A stretch of 64,000 nt of DNA, taken from an uncultured Actinomycetota bacterium (GTDB lineage Bacteria > Actinomycetota > Actinomycetes > Mycobacteriales > CADCTP01). The DNA is taken from contig CAVSMA010000002.1 of the NCBI GenBank assembly GCA_963728945.1, positions 738,723 through 802,722 on the forward strand, written 5' to 3'. Numbering within the stretch: the stretch's first letter is position 1; each line of letters begins with the position of its first letter. The notes beneath the pieces were generated by a model that worked only from the letters and a program-made list of their open reading frames with translations, was not told the DNA's origin and did not search any database. Below are positions 28,309 to 36,795 of this stretch, piece by piece. The translations under genes were made by a program, and so were the position numbers.

Positions 28309-29540
28309 GTTCGGTCTTCGTCACGGTCGGGATGGGGCCCTGGCCGTTCGACCGGCTGGTCCGGGCGGTCTCGCCGCTCTGTTCCGAGCACGACGTATTC
28401 GTCCAGACCGGCACGTCGTCGGTGGTGCCGCCGTGCCCGTACGAGCGATTCCTGGGGCCGGCCGAGACACTGCGCCGGATCACGGACGCCGACGTCGTCG
28501 TCACCCACGGCGGCAACACCGTGCGGCTCGCGCAGCGCGCCGGGAAGGTGCCGATCGCGGTCGCTCGGGAGGCGGCGCGCGGGGAGATGCGCAACGACCA
28601 CCAGGTCGCTTACCTGGCGACGGAGCTGGCCGGCGGCCGGATCCGCGTGCTCACCGGGGACCGGCCGGCGCTGGCCACCGCGGTCGGGGACCATCCGGCC
28701 GTACAGTCCCGGATGCTCGCCGCCGCCCCGCCGCTGCCGCCGCCGGCGGACCCGGTCCGGGTGGTCGAAGCGCTGGACGCCGCGCTGTCGCCGGCCGGTG
28801 GACCGTTCGATCGGCACCCGCTGGCCCGCTACCGGTGGGCCTGGGGCCAGCTCGCCGCCCGCACCGGCCGGCACCTCGACCTGGGCGTCGGTGACGGGAC
28901 GTTCACGGCCGCGCTGCACCGGGAGACCAAGCTGGACGTGGTGGCCGTCGATGCCCACCCGAGCTATCTCAACGAGCTGCGCGCAGCCGAACCTCACCTC
29001 CCGCTGGGCCGGGTCGGGGCCGCGCTGCCGTTCGCGAGCGGCGCCTTCGACTCGGTCAGCGCGCTGGACGTGCTCGAACACGTCGCCGACGAGGCCGGGA
29101 CGCTGGCCGAGTTGCACCGCGTGCTGCGCCCGGGCGGCCTGCTGGTGCTCACCGTCCCCGCGCGGCATGCGTTCTCGGTGCTCGATCCCGACAACGCCAA
29201 ACTCACGCTGCCGCGCCTGCACCGGGCGGTCTACCAGCGCCGGTTCGGCCGGGCCGAGTACGAGCGGCGGTTCGTCGACGCGGCGAACGGGCTGCGCGGC
29301 GACATGGCCTGGGATCGGGCGGAGCACACGAACTACCGGGCGACCGAGCTGCTCGCCGCGCTGTCCGCGGTCGGGTTCGAGCCGACCGTGCGGGACGGCG
29401 CCGGGCTCTACTGGCGGCTCCTGCAGGTGCCGGCGCTGCTGCTGCCCCGCCGCCTCGCCCGGCTGCTGGACGCCCCGCAGCGGCTGGACGCCCGGCTGTT
29501 CCACCGGGCCAACCTCTTCCTCACCGCGACCCGCCGCTGA
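28305..29540 (+). CDS. fusion: Alg13-like glycosyltransferase catalytic half (Glyco_tran_28_C; PssE/Cps14G-like) + class I SAM methyltransferase
   Basis: There is a GTGA overlap with the Alg14-like gene. GT half: VFVTVGMGPWPFDRLV, VVVTHGGNTV, GKVPIAVARE...NDHQ. MT half: HLDLGVGDGTF, FDSVSALDVLEHV, LRPGGLLVLTVP. Confidence 0.7.
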   Translation: MSSVFVTVGMGPWPFDRLVRAVSPLCSEHDVFVQTGTSSVVPPCPYERFLGPAETLRRITDADVVVTHGGNTVRLAQRAGKVPIAVAREAARGEMRNDHQVAYLATELAGGRIRVLTGDRPALATAVGDHPAVQSRMLAAAPPLPPPADPVRVVEALDAALSPAGGPFDRHPLARYRWAWGQLAARTGRHLDLGVGDGTFTAALHRETKLDVVAVDAHPSYLNELRAAEPHLPLGRVGAALPFASGAFDSVSALDVLEHVADEAGTLAELHRVLRPGGLLVLTVPARHAFSVLDPDNAKLTLPRLHRAVYQRRFGRAEYERRFVDAANGLRGDMAWDRAEHTNYRATELLAALSAVGFEPTVRDGAGLYWRLLQVPALLLPRRLARLLDAPQRLDARLFHRANLFLTATRR

Positions 29541-29590
29541 TCCGCGGCTGATCCGGCGCTGATCCGGCGCTGATCCGGCGCTGGTCTGCG
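29536..29590. repeat. 11-bp tandem repeat x5 (gctgatccggc) starting in the stop codon of the GT-MT gene
   Basis: The units are gctgatccgcg, gctgatccggc, gctgatccggc, gctgatccggc and gctggtctgcg. The repeat fills the whole 51-bp gap between two convergent genes. Confidence 0.85.
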
Positions 29591-29591
29591 G

Positions 29592-30020
29592 TCAGCTGAA
29601 GTCGCCGTGCAGGAGCAGGTCGAGCTCGGCGTCGAGGTCGACGTACCGCGCCTCGTCCCCGGGTGGCACGACCTCGTGGCACCGGTCGACGAACCCCGCG
29701 AGCACCGCCCGCGGCACGGCGAGCAGCGCGCGGCCGGACGGCGACCGCAGCTCGATATACACCGGTCCGGTCAGGTCGTCCAGCGCCGGCCAGATCCGCA
29801 CGTCGCCGTCGCCCGCCGGCTCGGTCAGGCCGTCGGCGGCGAGCGAGCGGGCGAAGATCCACTCGATCGGATCGCGACCGGACGGAGTCAGGAAGGACAG
29901 ATGGATCGCGTACGGGTCATCGCGGTCGTAGCGGAGCGATGCCTCGACGAAGACCTCAGCACGCGGCATCACGAGCCATAAGGTGACAGCCGTACGGACT
30001 TCGGATACTCGACCGTTCAT
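29592..30020 (-). CDS. ssgB: SsgA/SsgB-family sporulation/cell-division protein
   Basis: LRYDRDDPYAIHLSF, IEWIFARSLAADGL, GDGDVRIWP and PPGDEARYVDLDAELDLLL closely follow the SsgB pattern. The start is ATG 30020, preceded by ggggggaa. Confidence 0.85.
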   Translation of the reverse strand: MNGRVSEVRTAVTLWLVMPRAEVFVEASLRYDRDDPYAIHLSFLTPSGRDPIEWIFARSLAADGLTEPAGDGDVRIWPALDDLTGPVYIELRSPSGRALLAVPRAVLAGFVDRCHEVVPPGDEARYVDLDAELDLLLHGDFS

Positions 30021-30168
30021 TCGTTCCCCCCGTGCATGACTTCTTACCACGCGTGACTGCGTCCGCAACGCCAGTCAACCCGGATCGGTAAGGTGTCGCC
30101 CGTCGAAGACAGCGATTCGCGAACCGGTGTGCCCCGTGTCGCGAAGACTTGTCGTGGAGAGCGCCGTC

Positions 30169-30789
30169 ATGGAGAGGCCCCCTGCGCTGCCGCCCGAGAC
30201 CGATGTCTCGGACGGCATGCTGGTGCGCCGCCTCACCGACGGTGACAACGGGGCGCTCGAAGCGCTCTACGACCGGTACGTCCGGCCGGCGTTCGCGCTG
30301 GCCAGGCGGATCACCGGGGACGCCGCGTTCGCCGAGGAGGTGGTCCAAGAGGTCTTCCTGGCCCTCTGGCGGGACCCGGCCAAGTACGACCCGCAGCGCG
30401 GCGGGTTCCCGAGCTGGTTGCTCGCGGCGACCCACCACAAGGCTGTGGATGCGGTGCGCCGGGAGCAGTCGGTGCGCTCGCGGCGGGCAAGCCTGGCCGA
30501 GGAGGCGCACTACTACACCGCGGCCGGCGCGAGCGACCTGCCGCCGGTCGAGGACGCGGCCTGGGCCGGGCTGCGCGGCGAACGGGTACGCGCGGCGTTG
30601 TCTGCGCTGCCGCCATCGCAGCGGGAAGCGATCGTGCTGGCCTACTACGCCGGCTATACCCAGTCGGAGATCGCGGAGCGCACGGGGGCGCCGCTCGGCA
30701 CAGTAAAGACGCGCATGCTGGCGGCCATGCGTCGGCTTCGTCTGCTCCTCGACGAGGTCGCCGACCCCACGGAAGGGGGTCGGCCGTGA
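30169..30789 (+). CDS. ECF (group IV) sigma-70 factor, SigK-like
   Basis: Region 2 is AEEVVQEVFLALWR...WLLAATHHKAVDAVR. Region 4 is REAIVLAYYAGYTQSEIAERTGAPLGTVKTRM. ATG 30169 follows ggagag. Confidence 0.85.
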   Translation: MERPPALPPETDVSDGMLVRRLTDGDNGALEALYDRYVRPAFALARRITGDAAFAEEVVQEVFLALWRDPAKYDPQRGGFPSWLLAATHHKAVDAVRREQSVRSRRASLAEEAHYYTAAGASDLPPVEDAAWAGLRGERVRAALSALPPSQREAIVLAYYAGYTQSEIAERTGAPLGTVKTRMLAAMRRLRLLLDEVADPTEGGRP

Positions 30790-32063
30790 GCGAGCCCATC
30801 GACCCCCGCGAGCAGCTCGGCGAGCACGCCGAGTGGGATGCGCTCGCCGTCGCCTGGGCGCTGTCGGCGCTCGACCCCGAGGACGAGGAGCGCTTCGCCG
30901 AGCACCTGCCGGGGTGCACACGCTGCACGGCAACCGTGCGGGAGTCGCTCTACACGGTCGCGGATCTCGCGTACGCGCTGCCCGACGAGGCACCGCCTCC
31001 CTCGCTGAAGGCGAGGCTGATGGCGGCGGTCGCGGCCGAGCCGCGGACACCCGGCGCGCCGCCGGAGCCCGAGGCGCCGGTGGAGCCGGAACCCGAACAG
31101 GAGTGGCCGCTCGGCGAGCCGCATCCTGGCAGCCCGGGGTACGGCATCGACTGGTTCGCCAGGCCCGCGCGCCCAGAACCCGGGCCTGACCAGGGGGACC
31201 TGGGAATCCACCAGCCGCCGGTCGGGGAGCGCCGGACCGGTCCGCAGCCGGCGCCGGCCGTCGACGCGCCCGCGACCGAGACGCGCCGCCCCGACCTGCC
31301 CCTCGCCCGCCCGCCGCAGCCCACCGCCGACCGCCCGCCGCAGCCCACCGCTGACCGCGCGCCGCAGCCCAGCGCCGACCGCGCGCCGCAGCCCGGCGCC
31401 GACCGCCCGCTGCAGCCCGGCGCCGACCGCCCGCCGCAGCCCAGCGCCGACCGCCCGCCGCAGCCTCCGGCCGCCGGTCCGACCCAGCCGCGGTCCACCG
31501 GAGAGCCCCCCGCCGACGAGGAGGCGACCGAGGTCGTCTCGCTGGGTGGACGTCGTCGCGGCGTGGTGCGGTGGGTCGCGATCGGGGTCGCCGCGGCCGC
31601 GGTGGTGGCGCTCATCGCGGGGCTGCTGGTTTCGAACGTCCACCTGCGCGACCAGAAGGACGACCTCCGCCGGGTCGTGGCCCAGCGAGACGCCGCGATC
31701 GCGCAGCTGACGGCCAACGGTCCGGCCAAGGTCGCCGCGCTGACCGCGGATGGCCAGCCGTCGCCCGACCGCCGCGCCACGCTCGTCGTCCGCGGCGACC
31801 ACATCGAGATCATCGTCGAGTCGCTGGGTCCGACGACCGGCAACGAGACGTACTGGCTGTGGACGCTGCGTTGTGACACACCGAAGCCCACCGACCTCAA
31901 GCCGATCCGCGGGTTCACCGTTACTCAGTCCGACTTCAGCGTGCGCGACATAGGATCGGACCCTGGAGTGGCCAGCGCGCCCTGCTTCGCGATCAGCTCG
32001 GAGGAGGGCACGGCGACTCCGAAGGCCCCACGGCAGGTCGTGGCGGTGGGGCGGCCCAGATAG
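30786..32063 (+). CDS. anti-sigma factor (zf-HC2 N-terminus, single TM, RskA-like extracytoplasmic domain) with Pro-rich repeat linker
   Basis: There is a GTGA overlap with the sigma gene. The Hx3Cx2C motif is in EHLPGCTRC. The TM helix is WVAIGVAAAAVVALIAGLLV. The C-terminal part contains ETYWLWTL. Confidence 0.75.
   Translation: MSEPIDPREQLGEHAEWDALAVAWALSALDPEDEERFAEHLPGCTRCTATVRESLYTVADLAYALPDEAPPPSLKARLMAAVAAEPRTPGAPPEPEAPVEPEPEQEWPLGEPHPGSPGYGIDWFARPARPEPGPDQGDLGIHQPPVGERRTGPQPAPAVDAPATETRRPDLPLARPPQPTADRPPQPTADRAPQPSADRAPQPGADRPLQPGADRPPQPSADRPPQPPAAGPTQPRSTGEPPADEEATEVVSLGGRRRGVVRWVAIGVAAAAVVALIAGLLVSNVHLRDQKDDLRRVVAQRDAAIAQLTANGPAKVAALTADGQPSPDRRATLVVRGDHIEIIVESLGPTTGNETYWLWTLRCDTPKPTDLKPIRGFTVTQSDFSVRDIGSDPGVASAPCFAISSEEGTATPKAPRQVVAVGRPR
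31308..31475 (+). repeat. 24-bp in-frame tandem repeat x7 encoding (D)RPPQPxA octapeptides
   Basis: The units are RPPQPTAD, RPPQPTAD, RAPQPSAD, RAPQPGAD, RPLQPGAD, RPPQPSAD and RPPQPPAA. Confidence 0.85.
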
Positions 32064-32095
32064 CCGACAGCCCGGCCAGCCGACGGGGAGGGACC

Positions 32096-32512
32096 TTGCC
32101 CACCGACCAGGATCGTCGTTCGGACGACGAGCCAGGCCTGCTGGACGAGGTCGCCGACAAGCTCGGGTTCCGCGCCCGGCTCAAGCGCAACCCCGCGCTC
32201 GCCCTGGCATACCGGATCGTCGTCGGGGTCGTCGGCGCCGCCGTCGCCCTGCTCGGCCTCGCGCTCGTGCCGCTGCCCGGTCCCGGCTGGCTGATCGTCT
32301 TCCTCGGCCTCGGCATCCTCGCGACCGAGTTCTCCTGGGCCGAGCGGCTGCTCGGCTTCGGCCGCCGGACGCTCCGATCGTGGCTGCACTGGCTCGGCCG
32401 GCAGCACCCGGTCGTCCGCGCGCTGGTCTCGCTGGTCACCCTCCTGTTCGTGGTCAGCGTCGTCGGCCTGACCCTGCAGCTGTCGGTGGGACTGCCGTTC
32501 GTCACCAGCTGA
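32096..32512 (+). CDS. PGPGW-motif membrane protein (TIGR02611-like)
   Basis: LALVPLPGPGWLIVFLGLGILATEFSWAE is present. The start is TTG as given by the ORF track. Confidence 0.7.
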   Translation: MPTDQDRRSDDEPGLLDEVADKLGFRARLKRNPALALAYRIVVGVVGAAVALLGLALVPLPGPGWLIVFLGLGILATEFSWAERLLGFGRRTLRSWLHWLGRQHPVVRALVSLVTLLFVVSVVGLTLQLSVGLPFVTS

Positions 32513-32535
32513 TCCGGTATGCTGCACAGGTTCCC

Positions 32536-32607
32536 GGGCGATTGGCTCAGCGGGAGAGCGCCTCGTTCACACCGAGGAGGTCACTGGTTCGATCCCAGTA
32601 TCGCCCA
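32536..32607 (+). tRNA. tRNA-Val (CAC)
   Basis: The acceptor is gggcgat/atcgccc. The anticodon arm is cctcg-ttCACac-cgagg. The T-loop is ggttcgatcc. No CCA is encoded. Confidence 0.92.
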
Positions 32608-32879
32608 CCCGAGTGACCGGCGACCCCTGCCCACGGAGAGCGCGGGCCTGGGGTCAATCTTATGTCTGCCGCGGGCCGAGCCCCGCGGGCCCGCGTTCCG
32701 TCCGGTGGCGGATTGGGTGGTGGTTCCGGACCACGGGTCGCCTACGGATCACCGCGCCCGCCCGCGGGACCCGGCGGCGGCGTTGGGGTGGTTGTCCGGA
32801 TCACGCCAGGGCGGGCCGTCGGCGCGGGGCTGTCGGACGTGCGGGGGAAAGGTCGTCGGGCGGGGATAGCTTCTCGGGT

Positions 32880-33842
32880 GTGGTGGTGGGGACGCGGCTC
32901 GATGGTGGGCGGGTCGGGGCGGCGCGTGCGGTGATCGACCCGGTGTTCCTGGACACGCCGATGTATCCGTGTGATCCGCTGGGGCGTGCGCTCGGGTGCA
33001 CGGTGAGCGTCAAGCTGGAGACGGCGAACCCGGTCCGCAGCTTCAAGGGCAGGGGTACGGAGCTCGTCGCGAGCATGCTGGCCGAGCAGGGCCGGCCGGC
33101 CGTGGTGTGCGCCAGCGCCGGCAACCTCGGTCAGGCGCTCGCCTGGTCGGCTGGTCGCCGCGGCATCGACGTCACCGTGGTGGCCTCGCGGTGGGCGCCG
33201 GTGGCCAAGCTCGATCGGATCCGCGCCCTGGGCGCGGCGCTGGAGCTCGTGGACGGCGACTTCGAGGCGGCCCGCGAGCGGGCGGCGAGCATCGCGGAGC
33301 GGGACGGCGTCCGGCTGGTGGAGGACAGCCGCGACCTCGAGACCTGCGAGGGGGCCGCGACGATCGGCCTCGAGCTGGCAGCCGGGGCAGCGCAGTTCGA
33401 CGCGGTCCTGATCGCGCTGGGTGGCGGCGCGATGGCCACCGGCGTGGGCCACGTACTGAAGACGCACGCACCGGCGGCCGAGGTGATCTGCGTGCAGCCC
33501 TCCGGCGCACCGGCCATGACCCTGTCCTGGCGGGCGCGCCGGGTGGTCACCACCGACTCGGCCGACACCATCGCCGACGGCGTCGCCGGTCGATACCCCA
33601 TCCCGGCGGTCCTCGACGACCTCCTCGTCGTCGCCGACGACGCCGTCCTGGTCCAGGAAGCGTCGATCGTCGCGGGCCTCCGGCTGTTGCTCGAGCACGC
33701 CGGCCTGGTCGTCGAACCGTCCGCGGCCCTCGGCGTCGCCGCCGTCCTGGAGGACCGCGAGCGCTTCGCGGGCCGGCACGTCGTCGTCATCATCTGCGGC
33801 AGCAACGTCGACCTCGACGCCTATCACCGCTGGATCTCCTGA
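32880..33842 (+). CDS. PLP-dependent threonine/serine dehydratase-family enzyme
   Basis: The lysine motif is LETANPVRSFKGRGT. Also present are ASAGNLGQALA and ALGGGAMATGVG. The GTG start at 32880 is uncertain. Confidence 0.8.
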   Translation: MVVGTRLDGGRVGAARAVIDPVFLDTPMYPCDPLGRALGCTVSVKLETANPVRSFKGRGTELVASMLAEQGRPAVVCASAGNLGQALAWSAGRRGIDVTVVASRWAPVAKLDRIRALGAALELVDGDFEAARERAASIAERDGVRLVEDSRDLETCEGAATIGLELAAGAAQFDAVLIALGGGAMATGVGHVLKTHAPAAEVICVQPSGAPAMTLSWRARRVVTTDSADTIADGVAGRYPIPAVLDDLLVVADDAVLVQEASIVAGLRLLLEHAGLVVEPSAALGVAAVLEDRERFAGRHVVVIICGSNVDLDAYHRWIS

Positions 33843-34816
33843 GCGCCGGCGGCGGTCGCGCGCCGGTAGCGGTCGGCCAGGCGGCGTACGTGCTCGACCA
33901 GCTCGGGAGGCCCGGCGACGTGGAAGTCCAGGTCGAGCATGCCCACGTAGGCGGCAACCGTGGCGAGGCTGTCGGCGCCGGTGACCAGGATCGAGTTGTG
34001 CTCGTCGACGGTCTCGACGACCCCGACCGCCGGGTTGATCCGGGCGAGGACCGCCTCGGCCGGCGCGGCCACGGCGATGCGGGCGCGCACGTTCCACCCG
34101 GTCGAGGCGACCTCGCGCAGCACCAGGTCGGTGTAGTCGTCCGGCGGCGCCGACGGGGTGAAGCGCGGGCCGCCCGGCGTCCGCAGCGTGATCCAGTCGA
34201 CGCGCAGCACCTGCCAGGACCCGCGGACCGGCTCCCTGGCCACCAGATACCACCGGCGCTCCCAGCTGACCAGCCGGTACGGCTCGACCTGTCGCGGCAG
34301 CCCGGCGGCCGGCGAGCCCGGGTCGTGGTAGTCGAAGCGCACCGAGACCCGGTCCCGGACGGCCGCGGCGAGCGCGCTCAGCAGCGCCGGGTCGACCTCC
34401 GGGTCAGGGGCGTCGGTGCGGGTGTTCTCCGGCCCGGACGAGACCGTCGCGGAGATCGCCTCCACCGAGCGGCGCAGCCGGTGCGGCAGCACTCGTTCCA
34501 GCTTCGCCAGCGCCCGCGCGCTGCTCTCGCGGATGCCGCTGATCCCGGCACCCGACCGCAGCCCGACGGCGATCGCGACCGCCTCCTCGTCGTCGAGCAG
34601 CAGCGGCGGCAGCGCCGCTCCGACCCCGAGCCGGTAGTGCCCGGCCGGTCCCTGCACGGCGTCGACGGGGTATCCCAGCTCGCGCAGCCGGCTGATGTCG
34701 TTGCGGACCGTGCGGGCGCTCACTCCGAGCCGACCGGCCAGCTCGGAGCCGGTCCAGTCCGGTCGGGACTGCAGCAGGGACAGCAGGCTGAGCAGCCGTA
34801 CGGCGGGATCGCGCAT
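33824..34816 (-). CDS. HTH + WYL-domain transcriptional regulator (YafY family)
   Basis: The HTH is LAGRLGVSARTVRNDISRLRELGYPV. The WYL-type motif is EPYRLVSWERRWYLVA. Confidence 0.85.
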   Translation of the reverse strand: MRDPAVRLLSLLSLLQSRPDWTGSELAGRLGVSARTVRNDISRLRELGYPVDAVQGPAGHYRLGVGAALPPLLLDDEEAVAIAVGLRSGAGISGIRESSARALAKLERVLPHRLRRSVEAISATVSSGPENTRTDAPDPEVDPALLSALAAAVRDRVSVRFDYHDPGSPAAGLPRQVEPYRLVSWERRWYLVAREPVRGSWQVLRVDWITLRTPGGPRFTPSAPPDDYTDLVLREVASTGWNVRARIAVAAPAEAVLARINPAVGVVETVDEHNSILVTGADSLATVAAYVGMLDLDFHVAGPPELVEHVRRLADRYRRATAAGAQEIQR

Positions 34817-34878
34817 CTGCCAAGAATGCCCGACAACTAGGAAGGGTTGCTGCCTAGTAAGACCGTAGCGTCGTCGTC

Positions 34879-36036
34879 ATGACCGAAACACTGCGCGACA
34901 CCGACGTCCACCGGTTCGTCATCGACATCCCGCAGGCCGATCTGGACGACCTTGCCGACCGGCTGGCCAGGACCCGGCTGCCCCGGCCGGCCCCCGGCGA
35001 CGACTGGGACTACGGCACGCCGAACTCGTACCTGGCCGAGATGGTGGAGCGGTGGCGCACCACCTTCGACTGGCGCGCCCAGGAGGCGCGGATGAACGCG
35101 TTCCCGCACTACCGCACCGAGATCGACGGGCAGACCGTGCACTTCGTCCACGTGCCGTCCGCCGAGCCGGGCGCGACGCCGCTGCTGCTGGCGCACAGCT
35201 ACCCGGGCTCGTTCGTCGACTTCCTCGACATGATCGGGCCGCTGACCGACCCGGTCGCGCACGGCGGCCGGTCCGAGGAGGCGTTCTCGGTCGTGGTCCC
35301 GTCGCCGCCCGGGTTCGCCTTCTCCACCCCGGTGGTCGACCGCGGCTGGACCGTCGCCCGGGTCGCCCGCACGTACGACACGCTCATGCGGCGGCTCGGG
35401 TACGAGTCGTACGGGGTGCACGGCAGCGACAACGGCGCGCTGGTGGCGCGCGAGCTCGGCCTGCTCGACCCGCCTGGCTTCCTCGGCCTGCACGTGCTGC
35501 AGCTGTTCTCGTTCCCCTCCGGCGACCCGGCCGAGTTCGAGCAGCTCGGTCCGGCCGACTACGCGGCGCTGGAGCACCTGACGTGGTTCCAGTCCGTCGG
35601 CGGCTACAACGGGATGAACGCGTCCCGGCCGCAGACCGTCGCGGTCGGGCTGTCCGACTCGCCGGTCGGCCAGCTCGCGTACAGCGAGCTGTTCAACTCG
35701 TTCGGTAACGGCACCAGCCTGCTCACGCCCGACCAGATCCTCACCCAGGTCTCGCTCTCCTGGCTGACCAACACGTCCGCGACGGCGGCGCGCTACTACT
35801 ACGAGGAGGCCCGGGCCGGGACGACGCCGGCCGTGAACGCCGCCCGCACCGGGGTCGCGGTCTTCGCGGACGACTTCCAGACGATCCGGGCGTTCGCCGA
35901 GCGGGACAACTCGAACATCGCGCACTGGAGCCGGTTCGACACCGGCGGCCACTACGCCGCCATGGAACAGCCCGCCGCCGTCGTCGGCGACCTGCGCACG
36001 TTCTTCGCCACCAGCCGGAAGTCCCCTGTCGCGTAG
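34879..36036 (+). CDS. epoxide hydrolase (EHN N-terminal domain + alpha/beta hydrolase)
   Basis: FVIDIPQADLDDLADRLARTRLP, FDWRAQEARMNAFPHYRTEIDGQTVHFVHV and GWPGSF-like HSYPGSFVDF are present. Confidence 0.85.
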   Translation: MTETLRDTDVHRFVIDIPQADLDDLADRLARTRLPRPAPGDDWDYGTPNSYLAEMVERWRTTFDWRAQEARMNAFPHYRTEIDGQTVHFVHVPSAEPGATPLLLAHSYPGSFVDFLDMIGPLTDPVAHGGRSEEAFSVVVPSPPGFAFSTPVVDRGWTVARVARTYDTLMRRLGYESYGVHGSDNGALVARELGLLDPPGFLGLHVLQLFSFPSGDPAEFEQLGPADYAALEHLTWFQSVGGYNGMNASRPQTVAVGLSDSPVGQLAYSELFNSFGNGTSLLTPDQILTQVSLSWLTNTSATAARYYYEEARAGTTPAVNAARTGVAVFADDFQTIRAFAERDNSNIAHWSRFDTGGHYAAMEQPAAVVGDLRTFFATSRKSPVA

Positions 36037-36045
36037 GTTCGGACG

Positions 36046-36585
36046 GTGGTGCCGAGGGTGATCGTGGTCAACGGCGGGTCGAGCTCCGGCAAGACCAGCA
36101 TCGTGCGCCAGCTACAGGGCATGCTCGCCGAGCCGTGGCTGGCCGCGAGCATCGACGACTTCGTCGACTCGCTGCCGCCCGCGCTGCAGGACTCGGCGGA
36201 GGGCTTCGGTATCGCCGCCGGCGGCGCCGTCGCGGTCGGGCAGGTGTTCCGAAGGCTGGAGGCGGCGTGGATGGCCGGAATCGCGGCCACCGTCCGGGCC
36301 GGCGCGCCGGTCGTCGTCGACGACGTCTTCCTCGGCGCCGCGGAGTCCCAGCAACGCTGGCGGGCGGCGCTGGCCGGGCTGCCGGTGGCCTGGGTCGGCG
36401 TGCACTGCGATCCCGCGGTCGCCGGACGGCGGGAGGCCGCCCGCGCGGACCGCGAGCCCGGGATGGCGGCAAGGCAGGCGACCGCGGTGCACCGGGACGT
36501 CGGATACGACGTGGAGGTCGACACCACCGGCACCGGCGCAGTGGACTGTGCCCGCACCGTCGTCACCCGGCTGGGGCTCACGTAA
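36046..36585 (+). CDS. chloramphenicol phosphotransferase-like (CPT family) P-loop kinase
   Basis: The P-loop is VIVVNGGSSSGKTSI. Size and layout are typical of the CPT family. Confidence 0.8.
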   Translation: MVPRVIVVNGGSSSGKTSIVRQLQGMLAEPWLAASIDDFVDSLPPALQDSAEGFGIAAGGAVAVGQVFRRLEAAWMAGIAATVRAGAPVVVDDVFLGAAESQQRWRAALAGLPVAWVGVHCDPAVAGRREAARADREPGMAARQATAVHRDVGYDVEVDTTGTGAVDCARTVVTRLGLT

Positions 36586-36595
36586 AGCGAGATGG

Positions 36596-36625
36596 GCCGG
36601 CGACGCACGGGGGGACGTCGCCGGC
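36596..36625 (+). terminator. hairpin after the CPT-like gene
   Basis: GCCGGCGACG-cacgggggga-CGTCGCCGGC forms a 10-bp stem with a 10-nt loop. Confidence 0.4.
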
Positions 36626-36795
36626 GGCTCATCGGGCTCACCCGAGGGGTGGCTGCAATCGATTGTGCACAGGTCTCCTCGTCAGTCCAGGGGTCGTCCC
36701 CCCTGAATCGGTTCGCCATGCAGATCCGTGCGCCGAACGGTCGTACGGCCCGCCCGGCCCGGACCCGGGTGATCGGGTCCGGGCCGGCGGACCGG

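Noticed and set aside
30115-30150. An ECF-type autoregulatory promoter (GAAC ... CGCG) in front of the sigma factor gene.
   Set aside because: It rests on a single loose match in GC-rich sequence. It cannot be told from chance without a position weight matrix or 5'-end data.
29536-31475. A possible CRISPR array, suggested by the 11-bp and 24-bp tandem repeats.
   Set aside because: The repeats are directly adjacent with no spacers. They are far shorter than CRISPR repeats. One is in-frame coding sequence. No cas genes are present.
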